Assembly: GCA_041739675.1 (NCBI GenBank)
Contig: JBGSNL010000038.1
Location: 1 to 14,768 of the forward strand
Length of the DNA: 14,768 bases
Origin: a bacterium
GTDB lineage: Bacteria; UBA10199; 2-02-FULL-44-16; DYJF01
Direction: 5' to 3'
The notes under the pieces were generated by a model. The model worked only from the letters and a program-made list of their open reading frames with translations, did not search any database and was not told the origin of the DNA. The position numbers were made by a program, and so were the translations under genes. Below, piece after piece: positions 1 through 7,996 of the stretch (the stretch's first letter is position 1; each line of letters opens with the position of its first letter).

Positions 1-13
1 CTCACCCGCCATG

Positions 14-27
14 AAGAGGCAAGAGGC
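14..27 (+). repeat. Two tandem heptamers AAGAGGC upstream of the four-helix-bundle gene
   Basis: AAGAGGC at 14-20 and 21-27. Confidence 0.5.
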
Positions 28-51
28 AAAAAACCAGCAAAAGGAGGAAAT

Positions 52-396
52 ATGAATCACCAGAGGCTAAGATGTTATGAAGTGCTACAAGGTGTCGCAA
101 AAAGGTTGCCAGGCATATTCAATAAAATGCCCAGAGGGCACAGCTATCTTATAGATCAGCTGTACAGGGCATTGACCAGTGGCATACTTAATCTGTCTGA
201 GGGAAACGGGAGGACATCTCCAAAAGAGAGGGCCAGATTCTTTGATATCAGCCTTGCATCTATCTCTGAATCGCATTCTGCAATAGATATCATGGAGTCG
301 TTCAGATTGATATCCCATGAGACTGGCTATGAGCTTAAATCAAGCCTGCAGCTTTCATACGCCATGATCAGAAAGCTCAGGAAATTTTCGGTCTAG
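52..396 (+). CDS. Four helix bundle protein (23S rRNA intervening sequence protein / Avd-like family)
   Basis: 114 aa ORF carrying the family pattern DQLYRALTSGILNLSEGNGRTSPKERARFFDISLASISE (QLxRAxxSxxxNxxEGxGRxSxKExxRFxxIxxxSxxE). Strong SD AAGGAGG at 41-47. Visibly more AT-rich than downstream genes. Confidence 0.88.
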   Translation: MNHQRLRCYEVLQGVAKRLPGIFNKMPRGHSYLIDQLYRALTSGILNLSEGNGRTSPKERARFFDISLASISESHSAIDIMESFRLISHETGYELKSSLQLSYAMIRKLRKFSV

Positions 397-439
397 ATTC
401 TGGAATCTTAATCTAGGTCTAGATCTTAATCTTAATCTG
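390..439 (+). repeat. Degenerate hexamer tandem array (RRTCTN) overlapping and following the four-helix-bundle stop codon
   Basis: AATCTT, AATCTA, GGTCTA, GATCTT, AATCTT, AATCTG contiguous at 404-439, plus GGTCTA at 390-395. Confidence 0.8.
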
Positions 440-492
440 GCTATCCTGACTGCTCTTGCCTTTTCTTTCGCATTCGTGTTAGCGCTCTGGCC

Positions 493-3102
493 ATGGCCTC
501 CGATTCCATGACCCCCATGGTGAAACAGTATCTGCGCATCAAAGATATATATAATGATGCGATTCTCATGTACCGGGTGGGGGATTTTTATGAAATGTTC
601 TTTGAGGATGCGGAGATTGCATCGAAACTTTTAGACATCACTTTAACTTCAAGGAATAAAAACGAGGAAAATCCGATTCCTTTGTGCGGAGTTCCATACC
701 ATTCCGTAGAACCATACATAGCTAAACTCCTGTCTTTGGGCAGAAAAGTGGCAATCTGCGATCAGGTGGAAGATCCCATGACCGCCGTAGGCGTGGTCAA
801 AAGAGAGGTCACGCGGGTCGTCACGCCGGGGATCATTCTGGGTGGAGAGGGAATAGAGGCGGGGAGCCATAATTTTCTGGCGGCGATTACCGCCGATCTA
901 CCTCCCCCGACCCCTCCTTACAAAGGAGGGAGGCACTTCGGTCTGGCCATTGCCGACGTTTCCACGGGCCACTTCAGCGTAGCCGAATTCGACACACTTG
1001 AACTTCTGGCCGAAGAGATTGCTCGTCTCGAACCGAAAGAGATCCTTCTGCCTAAACGGCTTACAAACGATGAAAACCTTTTATCCAAAATTTCACGCCC
1101 CGGCTTCGAGCCGTTATTCACATCACTAGACGAAAGCCGCTTCGCGCCCCAATCGATAGAGGGTCTGGATGGGGCCGCCCAAATTGTCGCAACGCTTCCG
1201 GCAGCCGCGCGTGCGGCCGGCGCGATCTGGTTCTATATCAAAGATACTCAAAAAAGTGAGCCGCGGCACATAAAGCGAATCGAATCATTTCTCGCGGCTA
1301 AAACGATGCGTCTTGATGACGCCACGAAACGCAATCTTGAACTCTTCCGCCAGATGATTGATGGCTCGCCCAAGAAGACGCTTATCGATCTTATGGACCG
1401 CACATCGACGGCGATGGGAGGAAGGAAACTCAAAGAGTTCATGCTCTATCCGCTCATGGATGCGGGCCAGATCGCAAAGCGGCTTGATGCGGTTGAAGCC
1501 ATCCTTCAAAGCGGACTCATCTCCGACCTTCCACCGCATCTTTCAAAGGTCTACGACCTGGAGCGGATAGCATCCCGCATCGCAATGGGAACGGCATCGG
1601 CAAGAGACATGGTGGGGCTCAAAGATTCGATAAATGAGATTCCGGAGATAAAATCGGTCATAGAAGTCTCAGGTCTCAAGTCTCAGGTCTCAGGTCTCGA
1701 TCCGTTAACTGACATCTCCGCAAGAATCGAAAAGGTGATAGTGGACGAGCCGCCTTTGAGTTTACGCGATGGCCGCATAATCAAGAACGGAGTCAGCCCC
1801 GAACTGGACGGGCTGCGGGACGTATCCACAGGCGGTAAAGATTCGATCGCAAGGATAGAAGCGCGCGAACGGGAGAGGACAGGCATCGGTTCGCTCAAGG
1901 TGAAGTACAATAAGATATTCGGATACTACATCGAGATAACGCATACCCACAAAGACAAGGTGCCCCCGGATTACATACGCAAGCAGACGCTTGTGAACGC
2001 GGAGCGATACATCACGCCGGAGCTCAAGGATTTTGAGGACAAAGTGCTCTCCGCAGACGACAGGATCCGCACTCTGGAGTACGACATCTTTTCAAAATTG
2101 CGCGAGGAGATAGCGGGGGAGGTAGAAAGGATCGGCAAGGCGGCCGATGTGCTTGCAACAATAGACGTCCTCACTTCCTTCGCCATCGCGGCAAGCGAAT
2201 ATAAATATACTAGGCCGGTCGTGAACGACGGCGCCGAGATAAGAATAATCGAGGGGCGCCATCCAATTGTAGAGCGCATAAATCCCATCGAGCGCTTCGT
2301 GCCGAACGACGTACACCTTGACGGAGAGGCAAACCGCCTGATCATCATCACTGGCCCCAACATGGCGGGCAAATCGACGGTCATGCGCCAGACCGCGCTC
2401 ATCGTCCTCATGGCGCAGATGGGTTCGTTCGTCCCGGCAAAAGAGGCGGTGATAGGCGTGGTGGACAGGATATTCACGCGCATCGGCGCGTCGGATGCCC
2501 TCTCTTTGGGGCAGTCGACCTTCATGGTTGAGATGCGCGAGGCGGCGACGATCCTCAATGAAGCAACTCCAAGAAGCCTTATCGTAATCGACGAAATAGG
2601 GAGGGGGACCTCGACCTTCGACGGACTTTCCATCGCGTGGGCAATCGCCGAAGATCTGCACGACCGCGTGAAGGCAAGGACCCTCTTTGCCACGCATTAC
2701 CATGAGCTGACCGAGCTTGCGCTGACGAAAGAGGGGATAAAAAACTTCAACATCGCAGTGAAGGAATGGAACGGACAGATAATTTTCTTAAGAAAGCTGG
2801 TGCCCGGCGGAACGTCGAGAAGCTACGGCATACAGGTGGCGAGTCTCGCGGGTCTGCCGGAAGCGGTAATCGCCCGCTCCCATGAGGTCCTCAAAAACCT
2901 TGAGGCGGGGGAATTGGACGAAATAGGCAAACCGCGCCTCGCCTCGCACGCGGGGACAACCGCCTTAAACGCCGCCCAGCTCAATCTGTTCTGCAAACCG
3001 CCAAGCTCCGAGATCACCGAAAAACTTCACACCATTGACACCTCAACACTCACACCCATCGAAGCGCTGAATATACTTCATGAACTAAAACAGAAAATTT
3101 GA
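493..3102 (+). CDS. mutS: DNA mismatch repair protein MutS
   Basis: 869 aa. TPMVKQY, GDFYEMF mismatch-binding motif, Walker A GPNMAGKST, DEIGRGTST, FATHYHEL, SYGIQVA, and a C-terminal beta-clamp-type motif QLNLF. Confidence 0.99.
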   Translation: MASDSMTPMVKQYLRIKDIYNDAILMYRVGDFYEMFFEDAEIASKLLDITLTSRNKNEENPIPLCGVPYHSVEPYIAKLLSLGRKVAICDQVEDPMTAVGVVKREVTRVVTPGIILGGEGIEAGSHNFLAAITADLPPPTPPYKGGRHFGLAIADVSTGHFSVAEFDTLELLAEEIARLEPKEILLPKRLTNDENLLSKISRPGFEPLFTSLDESRFAPQSIEGLDGAAQIVATLPAAARAAGAIWFYIKDTQKSEPRHIKRIESFLAAKTMRLDDATKRNLELFRQMIDGSPKKTLIDLMDRTSTAMGGRKLKEFMLYPLMDAGQIAKRLDAVEAILQSGLISDLPPHLSKVYDLERIASRIAMGTASARDMVGLKDSINEIPEIKSVIEVSGLKSQVSGLDPLTDISARIEKVIVDEPPLSLRDGRIIKNGVSPELDGLRDVSTGGKDSIARIEARERERTGIGSLKVKYNKIFGYYIEITHTHKDKVPPDYIRKQTLVNAERYITPELKDFEDKVLSADDRIRTLEYDIFSKLREEIAGEVERIGKAADVLATIDVLTSFAIAASEYKYTRPVVNDGAEIRIIEGRHPIVERINPIERFVPNDVHLDGEANRLIIITGPNMAGKSTVMRQTALIVLMAQMGSFVPAKEAVIGVVDRIFTRIGASDALSLGQSTFMVEMREAATILNEATPRSLIVIDEIGRGTSTFDGLSIAWAIAEDLHDRVKARTLFATHYHELTELALTKEGIKNFNIAVKEWNGQIIFLRKLVPGGTSRSYGIQVASLAGLPEAVIARSHEVLKNLEAGELDEIGKPRLASHAGTTALNAAQLNLFCKPPSSEITEKLHTIDTSTLTPIEALNILHELKQKI
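900..933 (+). repeat. Short pyrimidine/purine hairpin element in frame within mutS
   Basis: ACCTCCCCCGACCCCTCCTTACAAAGGAGGGAGG. Perfect 8-bp stem CCCTCCTT (912-919) / AAGGAGGG (923-930) with a 3-nt loop. Translates as (L)PPPTPPYKGGR. Confidence 0.8.
1664..1698 (+). repeat. 5x heptamer tandem repeat ARGTCTC inside mutS
   Basis: AAGTCTC AGGTCTC AAGTCTC AGGTCTC AGGTCTC. Translates as EVSGLKSQVSGL. Confidence 0.92.
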
Positions 3103-3103
3103 C

Positions 3104-3319
3104 TGTGGCATGTGGCTTCCCTTGCGTGAGGCCTAGGCCCTTCGCCTTCGCCGCCAACGCTCATGCTGGCGGTTAATCGCCAAGCTTCCGGGCGCCCATC
3201 CGAAGTAGCATCATCTCCGTATTATTATCTGGCGAGCCGGCGATGAGATATCAGCCAGTATGGCGATTGGCGGCTCGTCTTTCGGGCATGTCCTCACGCA
3301 AGAGAAGCCCCATGCCACA
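3104..3319. repeat. 216-nt long imperfect palindrome (MITE-like element or structured ncRNA)
   Basis: 28-nt terminal arms 3104-3131 / 3292-3319 with 26/28 complementary. Inner stems GCCC/GGGC, GCCGCCAA (3150-3157) / TTGGCGGC (3267-3274), CATGCTGGC (3162-3170) / GCCAGTATG (3254-3262). Confidence 0.8.
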
Positions 3320-3337
3320 TGAGAACGGGAAATCCGT

Positions 3338-3499
3338 GTCAAGAGAAGGCGGAGTGCGGGGGTGTTTTTGAGCGGCGTCGAGGACGCTGGATACCATAGC
3401 CTAAAAAACCCAGCGCCCGCAGGCGCAGGCGGCGAGCCGGCGTATGAGGCGAGGCCGCCGTAAGCGAGAAAACTCCCCCGCGCGACACCTTCTCTTGAC
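3338..3499. repeat. 162-nt imperfect palindrome (second MITE-like element or structured ncRNA)
   Basis: Perfect 12-bp terminal IR GTCAAGAGAAGG (3338-3349) / CCTTCTCTTGAC (3488-3499). Inner stems GCGGGGG/CCCCCGC, GTTTT/AAAAC, GCGGCGTCG/CGAGGCCGC, CGCTGG/CCAGCG. Confidence 0.75.
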
Positions 3500-3530
3500 T
3501 GCCCCGAAAGACTCCGAGTTTTGCCAATGC

Positions 3531-3559
3531 TTGCCTCGCGGATTTACTCATGTTATTAT
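3531..3559 (+). promoter_or_regulatory. Putative sigma70 promoter for amidase-glnD
   Basis: TTGCCT (3531-3536), 17-nt spacer, TATTAT (3554-3559), with extended -10 TG at 3551-3552. ATG follows at 3568. Confidence 0.55.
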
Positions 3560-3567
3560 GCCGCGAT

Positions 3568-5289
3568 ATGAAACGAACCATTCCTATTCTTATTTTAATT
3601 TTAATCAGTTGCACCGCATGGGCGGGGCCTGCCTCCGATGCCTACGACAAGGCCCAGCTCTGCTACAAGGACCTTAGGTCCAGCCCCAAACTCGCACGGG
3701 ATTCCAAAAACTGGGTGAGCTGCATCGCCGAGTTCAAGGCGGTCGCGGAACAGTATCCTAAGGATCCCAAGGCGCCCGAGGCCATTTACAGTGCGGCCCG
3801 CTTGAACCGCGAGCTGGCGGCCCAAACAGGCAGCACCGCCTACGTTGATGAGGCGATCCACAGTTATAATGCCGTCGTCAAAGAGTATCCCGACAGCTCG
3901 CTCGCCGACGATGCGCTCTATCAGATAGGCCTCTTGCGCCGCGAACCCTTGAAGGACGACGAGCGCGCGGCAAAGGCATTTGAGGCCTTGATAGCGCGTT
4001 ATCCGAAGGGCGACATGGCGCCCAAGGCGAAAGAGCAGCTTGCTGCCATGGGCGTTACAAGCGCCCCGATGGAACCCGCGGTTGTGGAAAAAGACGTCAA
4101 GGATACCGCCGAGCCAAAGGCGGCTGAAACGAAAACGGGTGCAGCCGCAAAAACGGAGGCCGCCGCAAAAGAGGAGCCCGACAAGGACGACAGGTTCAGA
4201 ATAGCAAAACTTCTGGGCATGAACGTGGACGTGGGAAAAACGCAGACGGTCGTCACGCTTGACCTGGACCGTCACTCGCCGTTCACGCTGAAATTCGTCG
4301 AGTACGGCCGCCGCACGAAAACACCGGCGAGACTCACGCTTGAATTCCCAAAGACGAAATTGATCGACGGAGTAGCAAAAGAACAAAAAATCACGTCGCC
4401 CCACATCAACTTCATCCGCCTCAAGGAAGGGGTCTTCACGGGCGAGCTCATTTTGCGTTTCGATATGCGGGAGCGCACGGCCTACGACATCATACAGAAG
4501 AGCAAGCAGACGATAATCCGCTTTTTCCCGGAGGGAAATAAACCTGCAATTCCGGGAGAAGAGAAACCCAAAAAAGAAGGCAAGAAGGACATGGCCTCAA
4601 AACCGCTCCGCATAGTGATAGATCCCGGCCACGGCGGAGCCGACACAGGAGCCATCGGTCCCAACGGCGTCATGGAAAAAACAGTGACGCTGGCGCTTTC
4701 AAAAAAACTGGCGGCGGAACTTGAAGAGAAGACAGGAGCCTCGGTTTACCTCACGCGCACGAAAGACATCGATGTGCCGCTGGAAAAAAGGAACGCCTTT
4801 GCAAACACAAAGAAGGCCGATCTTTTTATTTCCGTCCACGCCAACGCCAACAAGAACAAAAAAGTCTCGGGGATCGAGACCTACTATCTCAATAATGCAA
4901 CGGACGAAGCCGCAAAAAGACTTGCCCTGCGTGAAAACAAGTCGGCGGCAAAACCTCAAGGCGAAGTGGACAGAATACTTCTGACCCTGTTCCAGAATTA
5001 CAACACAGAGGAGTCGAAGATATTTGCCGACGATGTTCACAAGACAATGATCAAGAGTCTCACCAAGCGTTACAAAGACCTCAAGGATCACGACGTCAAA
5101 TCTGCTCTCTTCTACGTGCTGGTAGGCGCGAAGTGTCCGGGTATTCTGGTTGAGACCTCCTTCATCTCTAACCCGGTTGAAGAGAAAAGGCTCACGAATC
5201 CTACCTATCAGGAAAACATTGCGAACGCGATAGCCGCGGGAGTGGAACGCTACATAAAAATCAACAAGGACCGTGTCGCAACTCTATGA
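3568..5289 (+). CDS. N-acetylmuramoyl-L-alanine amidase (Amidase_3, AmiC-like) with signal peptide and N-terminal TPR-like region
   Basis: Start moved from 3550 to 3568 because MKRTIPILILILISCTAWA is a typical signal peptide and the putative promoter overlaps 3550. TPR-like repeats (YPKDPKAPEAIY, YPDSSLADDALYQIG). Catalytic motifs IDPGHGG, EK, SVHANA, LVETSFISNPVEE. Confidence 0.93.
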   Translation: MKRTIPILILILISCTAWAGPASDAYDKAQLCYKDLRSSPKLARDSKNWVSCIAEFKAVAEQYPKDPKAPEAIYSAARLNRELAAQTGSTAYVDEAIHSYNAVVKEYPDSSLADDALYQIGLLRREPLKDDERAAKAFEALIARYPKGDMAPKAKEQLAAMGVTSAPMEPAVVEKDVKDTAEPKAAETKTGAAAKTEAAAKEEPDKDDRFRIAKLLGMNVDVGKTQTVVTLDLDRHSPFTLKFVEYGRRTKTPARLTLEFPKTKLIDGVAKEQKITSPHINFIRLKEGVFTGELILRFDMRERTAYDIIQKSKQTIIRFFPEGNKPAIPGEEKPKKEGKKDMASKPLRIVIDPGHGGADTGAIGPNGVMEKTVTLALSKKLAAELEEKTGASVYLTRTKDIDVPLEKRNAFANTKKADLFISVHANANKNKKVSGIETYYLNNATDEAAKRLALRENKSAAKPQGEVDRILLTLFQNYNTEESKIFADDVHKTMIKSLTKRYKDLKDHDVKSALFYVLVGAKCPGILVETSFISNPVEEKRLTNPTYQENIANAIAAGVERYIKINKDRVATL

Positions 5290-7979
5290 TTTCAAGAAGC
5301 CTTGTACCCCTGCCGCAAATTCCCGTAGTCTCGGAATCCGCTTTGAGTAAAGACCCCAATGCCGGCGTGAAGCGGGTTATGGAGGAGGGGCGCAAGTGGT
5401 TTCGAACCGCGCATGACCTCCAGTGCGACGCGCTACAGATCAACAAGGGGCGCTCGCAGATGATAGACGAGGTCATCCGTTCCCTTTTTTCCATCGCGGA
5501 GAAACGTTTTTTTTCAAATCACCCTGAGAATCAGCGGCGTGTGGCGATCTTTGCGCTGGGCGGATACGGCAGGGAGGAGATGGGGCTCTCCTCGGACATC
5601 GATCTTCTTTTTCTCTACGACGGGGGAACTGACGCATACATACGCGAGGTGACCGACTCGATTCTCTATCCGCTATGGGATAACAAGGTTGACATCACAG
5701 GAGCGACACGTACGCTGGCAGAGTGCATATCCGTGGGAGGGAAGGAGCTTCGCGCACAGACCGCAATGCTCGACGCGAGGTTCGTAGCCGGCGACGCGCT
5801 TGAGGCAAGCAAGCTCTTTTCATTTCTCAAAAATCAGTTTTCCTCAAAGAGCAATCGCCGCCGCTTCATAAATGCAAAGCTCGCCGAGCAGACGCTGCGC
5901 CTCAAGCGGTTCGGCGAATCGGTCTATCTTCTGGAACCCAACGTCAAGGAGAGCGAGGGCGGGCTCCGCGATTACCACACGCTTTTGTGGATCGCAAAGG
6001 CAAGTTTGGGGGACACTTCTCATTTTCACGTGGGGACCATGCAAACAGGAGAAGTGTCCCCTCAGTTTCTTTCCGAGGAAGGCTCGCGTGAGTTGATGGA
6101 GGGAGTCCGCTTCCTCTGGAGGGTCAGAAATGCGTTGCATCTTCTGGATGAAAAAAACGACAGGCTGGGGGTGTTGCAGCAGGGGCCGATCGCTAAATCT
6201 CTGGGGTACGAGGACGGAAGATTCTCGGCCGCGGCTGAGCAGTTCATGCAGGCATATTACAGACACGCATCGTCCGTGCATCTTAAATGTCAGCGCGCGA
6301 TAGAACAGATCGTGGAGACCGCACTACCGAAGCCGACAATCGTCAGCTTGTTCACGCAAAGAAAACTCTCGCTCGGCGTCTCACGGACCGGCCGGAAGTT
6401 ATCCGCAACGTCGGACATTGTGGGCCAGGGCCCCGAGGCCGTCTTGAGACTTTTCGCGCTCGCCAATAAGAAAGCCCTCTCGCTTGACGCCAAAACAAAA
6501 GAGCTCATCATGCAGAATTCGGACGCGATCGCCCAGGGTGAACTCGCCGGCGAGAAGACAAACGCGCTGTGGAAAGAAATGCTTTCCACACCCTCGTCGC
6601 TCCATTTAACTCTCGCCGACATGCACGAATGCAGACTCCTGGCCCTCTGGTTCCCGGAGATGGAACCCCTGATTCACCGGATCCAACACGACGGGTTCCA
6701 TTTTTACACGGCGGACGAGCATTCGCTCCACGCCGTGCGCGAGATGGCCTCCCTCATGACGAAAAAAGGGCAAAAATCATTTCCCATCCCGGCTTACGCA
6801 ATGAAGAAGGTGAAGCGCCTCCACGTCCTGATGCTCGCGACTCTTTTTCACGATATCGGCAAGGGAAGGGGCGGGTCCCACGCGGAGGTCGGCGCCGATC
6901 TTGGAAAAAATATCGCGCGGCGTCTTGGATGGTCCAAGGAAGATCAGGATACCGTGGCATTTTTGATCCGCTCGCATCTTCTTGTCCCGACGCTCGCCTA
7001 CAGGCGCGACGTGAAGGACCCCCATTTGGCCGAAAGACTTGCGCGCACCGCTGAGACCTCTGAAATTCTGGCGATGTTATATCTGCTTGCGTTCGCGGAC
7101 GTCCGCGCCATGGGCCCGCATATCTGGAGCGACTGGAAGGGCGGCCTTCTCGCCGAACTATATCTCAACACTTTATCGCAACTTGAAGGCGCTGGGGAGG
7201 CCGCGAAGAGGCAGCGCATCCTTCTTAAAAAACTGGAAGGCGTTCATGAACTATTGGGCGGAAAGATTTCACGCGAAGATTTGCGGAGCTATTTTTCATC
7301 CATGCCCGACCGTTATCTTGTTCAGTCCAAGCCGGAATCGATCGCTTCGCACCTCAAGATGACCGGCAAACTCGCCGGCTCCATCGTCGTCACGGAGGTG
7401 AACCAGCTGCCGGACCGGGGGCTCTCCGAGCTTGCCATAGTGACGCGCGACGCTCCGGGCCTTTTTGCAAGGATCGCCGGTGTTCTTTCGATCAACGGCG
7501 TCAACATCATCGACGCGCAGCTCTATACGCTGCCCGACGGGACGGTTCTGGATCTTTTGTGGGCAACCGATCTCTCGGAGAAACCGATACACGATCAGAT
7601 GATGTGGAACCAGATCGGAAAGGAAATGGAGGAGGCAATAGCAGGCGGCATGGACGTGCACGAGCAGGTCCGCCGGCAGAGCAAGAAAAGGCTCCTGAGC
7701 AGAACCAGAAAGCCGGGTGACACGCAGATCGAAATCGACAACGACGTAGCGGCCGGCGAGACAGTCGTCGATATCATGACGCCCGACAGACCGGGCCTTC
7801 TCTACGATGTCGCGCACACTTTTTTCGAGCTTGGCTGCACGATCGACCGCGCCAAGATCACGACTTACGCCGACCGCGTGATAGACGTCTTCTACATAAG
7901 AGACGCCGGCGGCGGGAAGATCACCGAAAAAGAGAGATTGAAACAGATCCACGACGCGATAACAAACGCGGTGAGTTGA
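5286..7979 (+). CDS. glnD: [Protein-PII] uridylyltransferase / uridylyl-removing enzyme
   Basis: 897 aa. Nucleotidyltransferase motif ALGGYGR...SDIDLLFL, LEPNVKESEGGLRDYH, HD domain (HFYTADEH, FHDIGKGRGGSH), two ACT domains (RDAPGLFARIAG, PDRPGLLYDVA). ATGA overlap with the amidase stop. Confidence 0.97.
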   Translation: MISRSLVPLPQIPVVSESALSKDPNAGVKRVMEEGRKWFRTAHDLQCDALQINKGRSQMIDEVIRSLFSIAEKRFFSNHPENQRRVAIFALGGYGREEMGLSSDIDLLFLYDGGTDAYIREVTDSILYPLWDNKVDITGATRTLAECISVGGKELRAQTAMLDARFVAGDALEASKLFSFLKNQFSSKSNRRRFINAKLAEQTLRLKRFGESVYLLEPNVKESEGGLRDYHTLLWIAKASLGDTSHFHVGTMQTGEVSPQFLSEEGSRELMEGVRFLWRVRNALHLLDEKNDRLGVLQQGPIAKSLGYEDGRFSAAAEQFMQAYYRHASSVHLKCQRAIEQIVETALPKPTIVSLFTQRKLSLGVSRTGRKLSATSDIVGQGPEAVLRLFALANKKALSLDAKTKELIMQNSDAIAQGELAGEKTNALWKEMLSTPSSLHLTLADMHECRLLALWFPEMEPLIHRIQHDGFHFYTADEHSLHAVREMASLMTKKGQKSFPIPAYAMKKVKRLHVLMLATLFHDIGKGRGGSHAEVGADLGKNIARRLGWSKEDQDTVAFLIRSHLLVPTLAYRRDVKDPHLAERLARTAETSEILAMLYLLAFADVRAMGPHIWSDWKGGLLAELYLNTLSQLEGAGEAAKRQRILLKKLEGVHELLGGKISREDLRSYFSSMPDRYLVQSKPESIASHLKMTGKLAGSIVVTEVNQLPDRGLSELAIVTRDAPGLFARIAGVLSINGVNIIDAQLYTLPDGTVLDLLWATDLSEKPIHDQMMWNQIGKEMEEAIAGGMDVHEQVRRQSKKRLLSRTRKPGDTQIEIDNDVAAGETVVDIMTPDRPGLLYDVAHTFFELGCTIDRAKITTYADRVIDVFYIRDAGGGKITEKERLKQIHDAITNAVS
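6009..6061. repeat. 53-nt palindromic element in frame within glnD
   Basis: Perfect 13-bp IR GGGGACACTTCTC (6009-6021) / GAGAAGTGTCCCC (6049-6061). Translates as GDTSHFHVGTMQTGEVSP. Confidence 0.85.
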
Positions 7980-7996
7980 ATTTGGAGGAGGTTAAT

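Noticed and set aside
390..1698. CRISPR array or diversity-generating retroelement
   Set aside because: The repeats are 6-7 nt with no spacers and there are no cas genes. Despite the Avd-like gene, there is no reverse transcriptase and I noticed no template/variable repeat pair in the window.
3104..3319. 6S RNA, SRP RNA or riboswitch identity for the long hairpin
   Set aside because: Size and rod shape suggest 6S, but there is no large central bubble or recognisable conserved motif, and no SRP GGAA-loop/GCAGC motif. Left unassigned pending Rfam.
3339..3677. ORFs 3339-3614 (-) and 3444-3677 (+)
   Set aside because: They overlap a palindromic element and the amidase start, with no recognisable protein features. 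Likely spurious.
4132..4167. 18-nt imperfect duplication in the amidase (KTGAAA/KTEAAA)
   Set aside because: It is in frame within a low-complexity interdomain linker. Ordinary linker expansion.
493..7979. mutS-amidase-glnD as a novel functional system
   Set aside because: To my knowledge this order recurs in deltaproteobacteria-like genomes, and it reads as ordinary housekeeping synteny.
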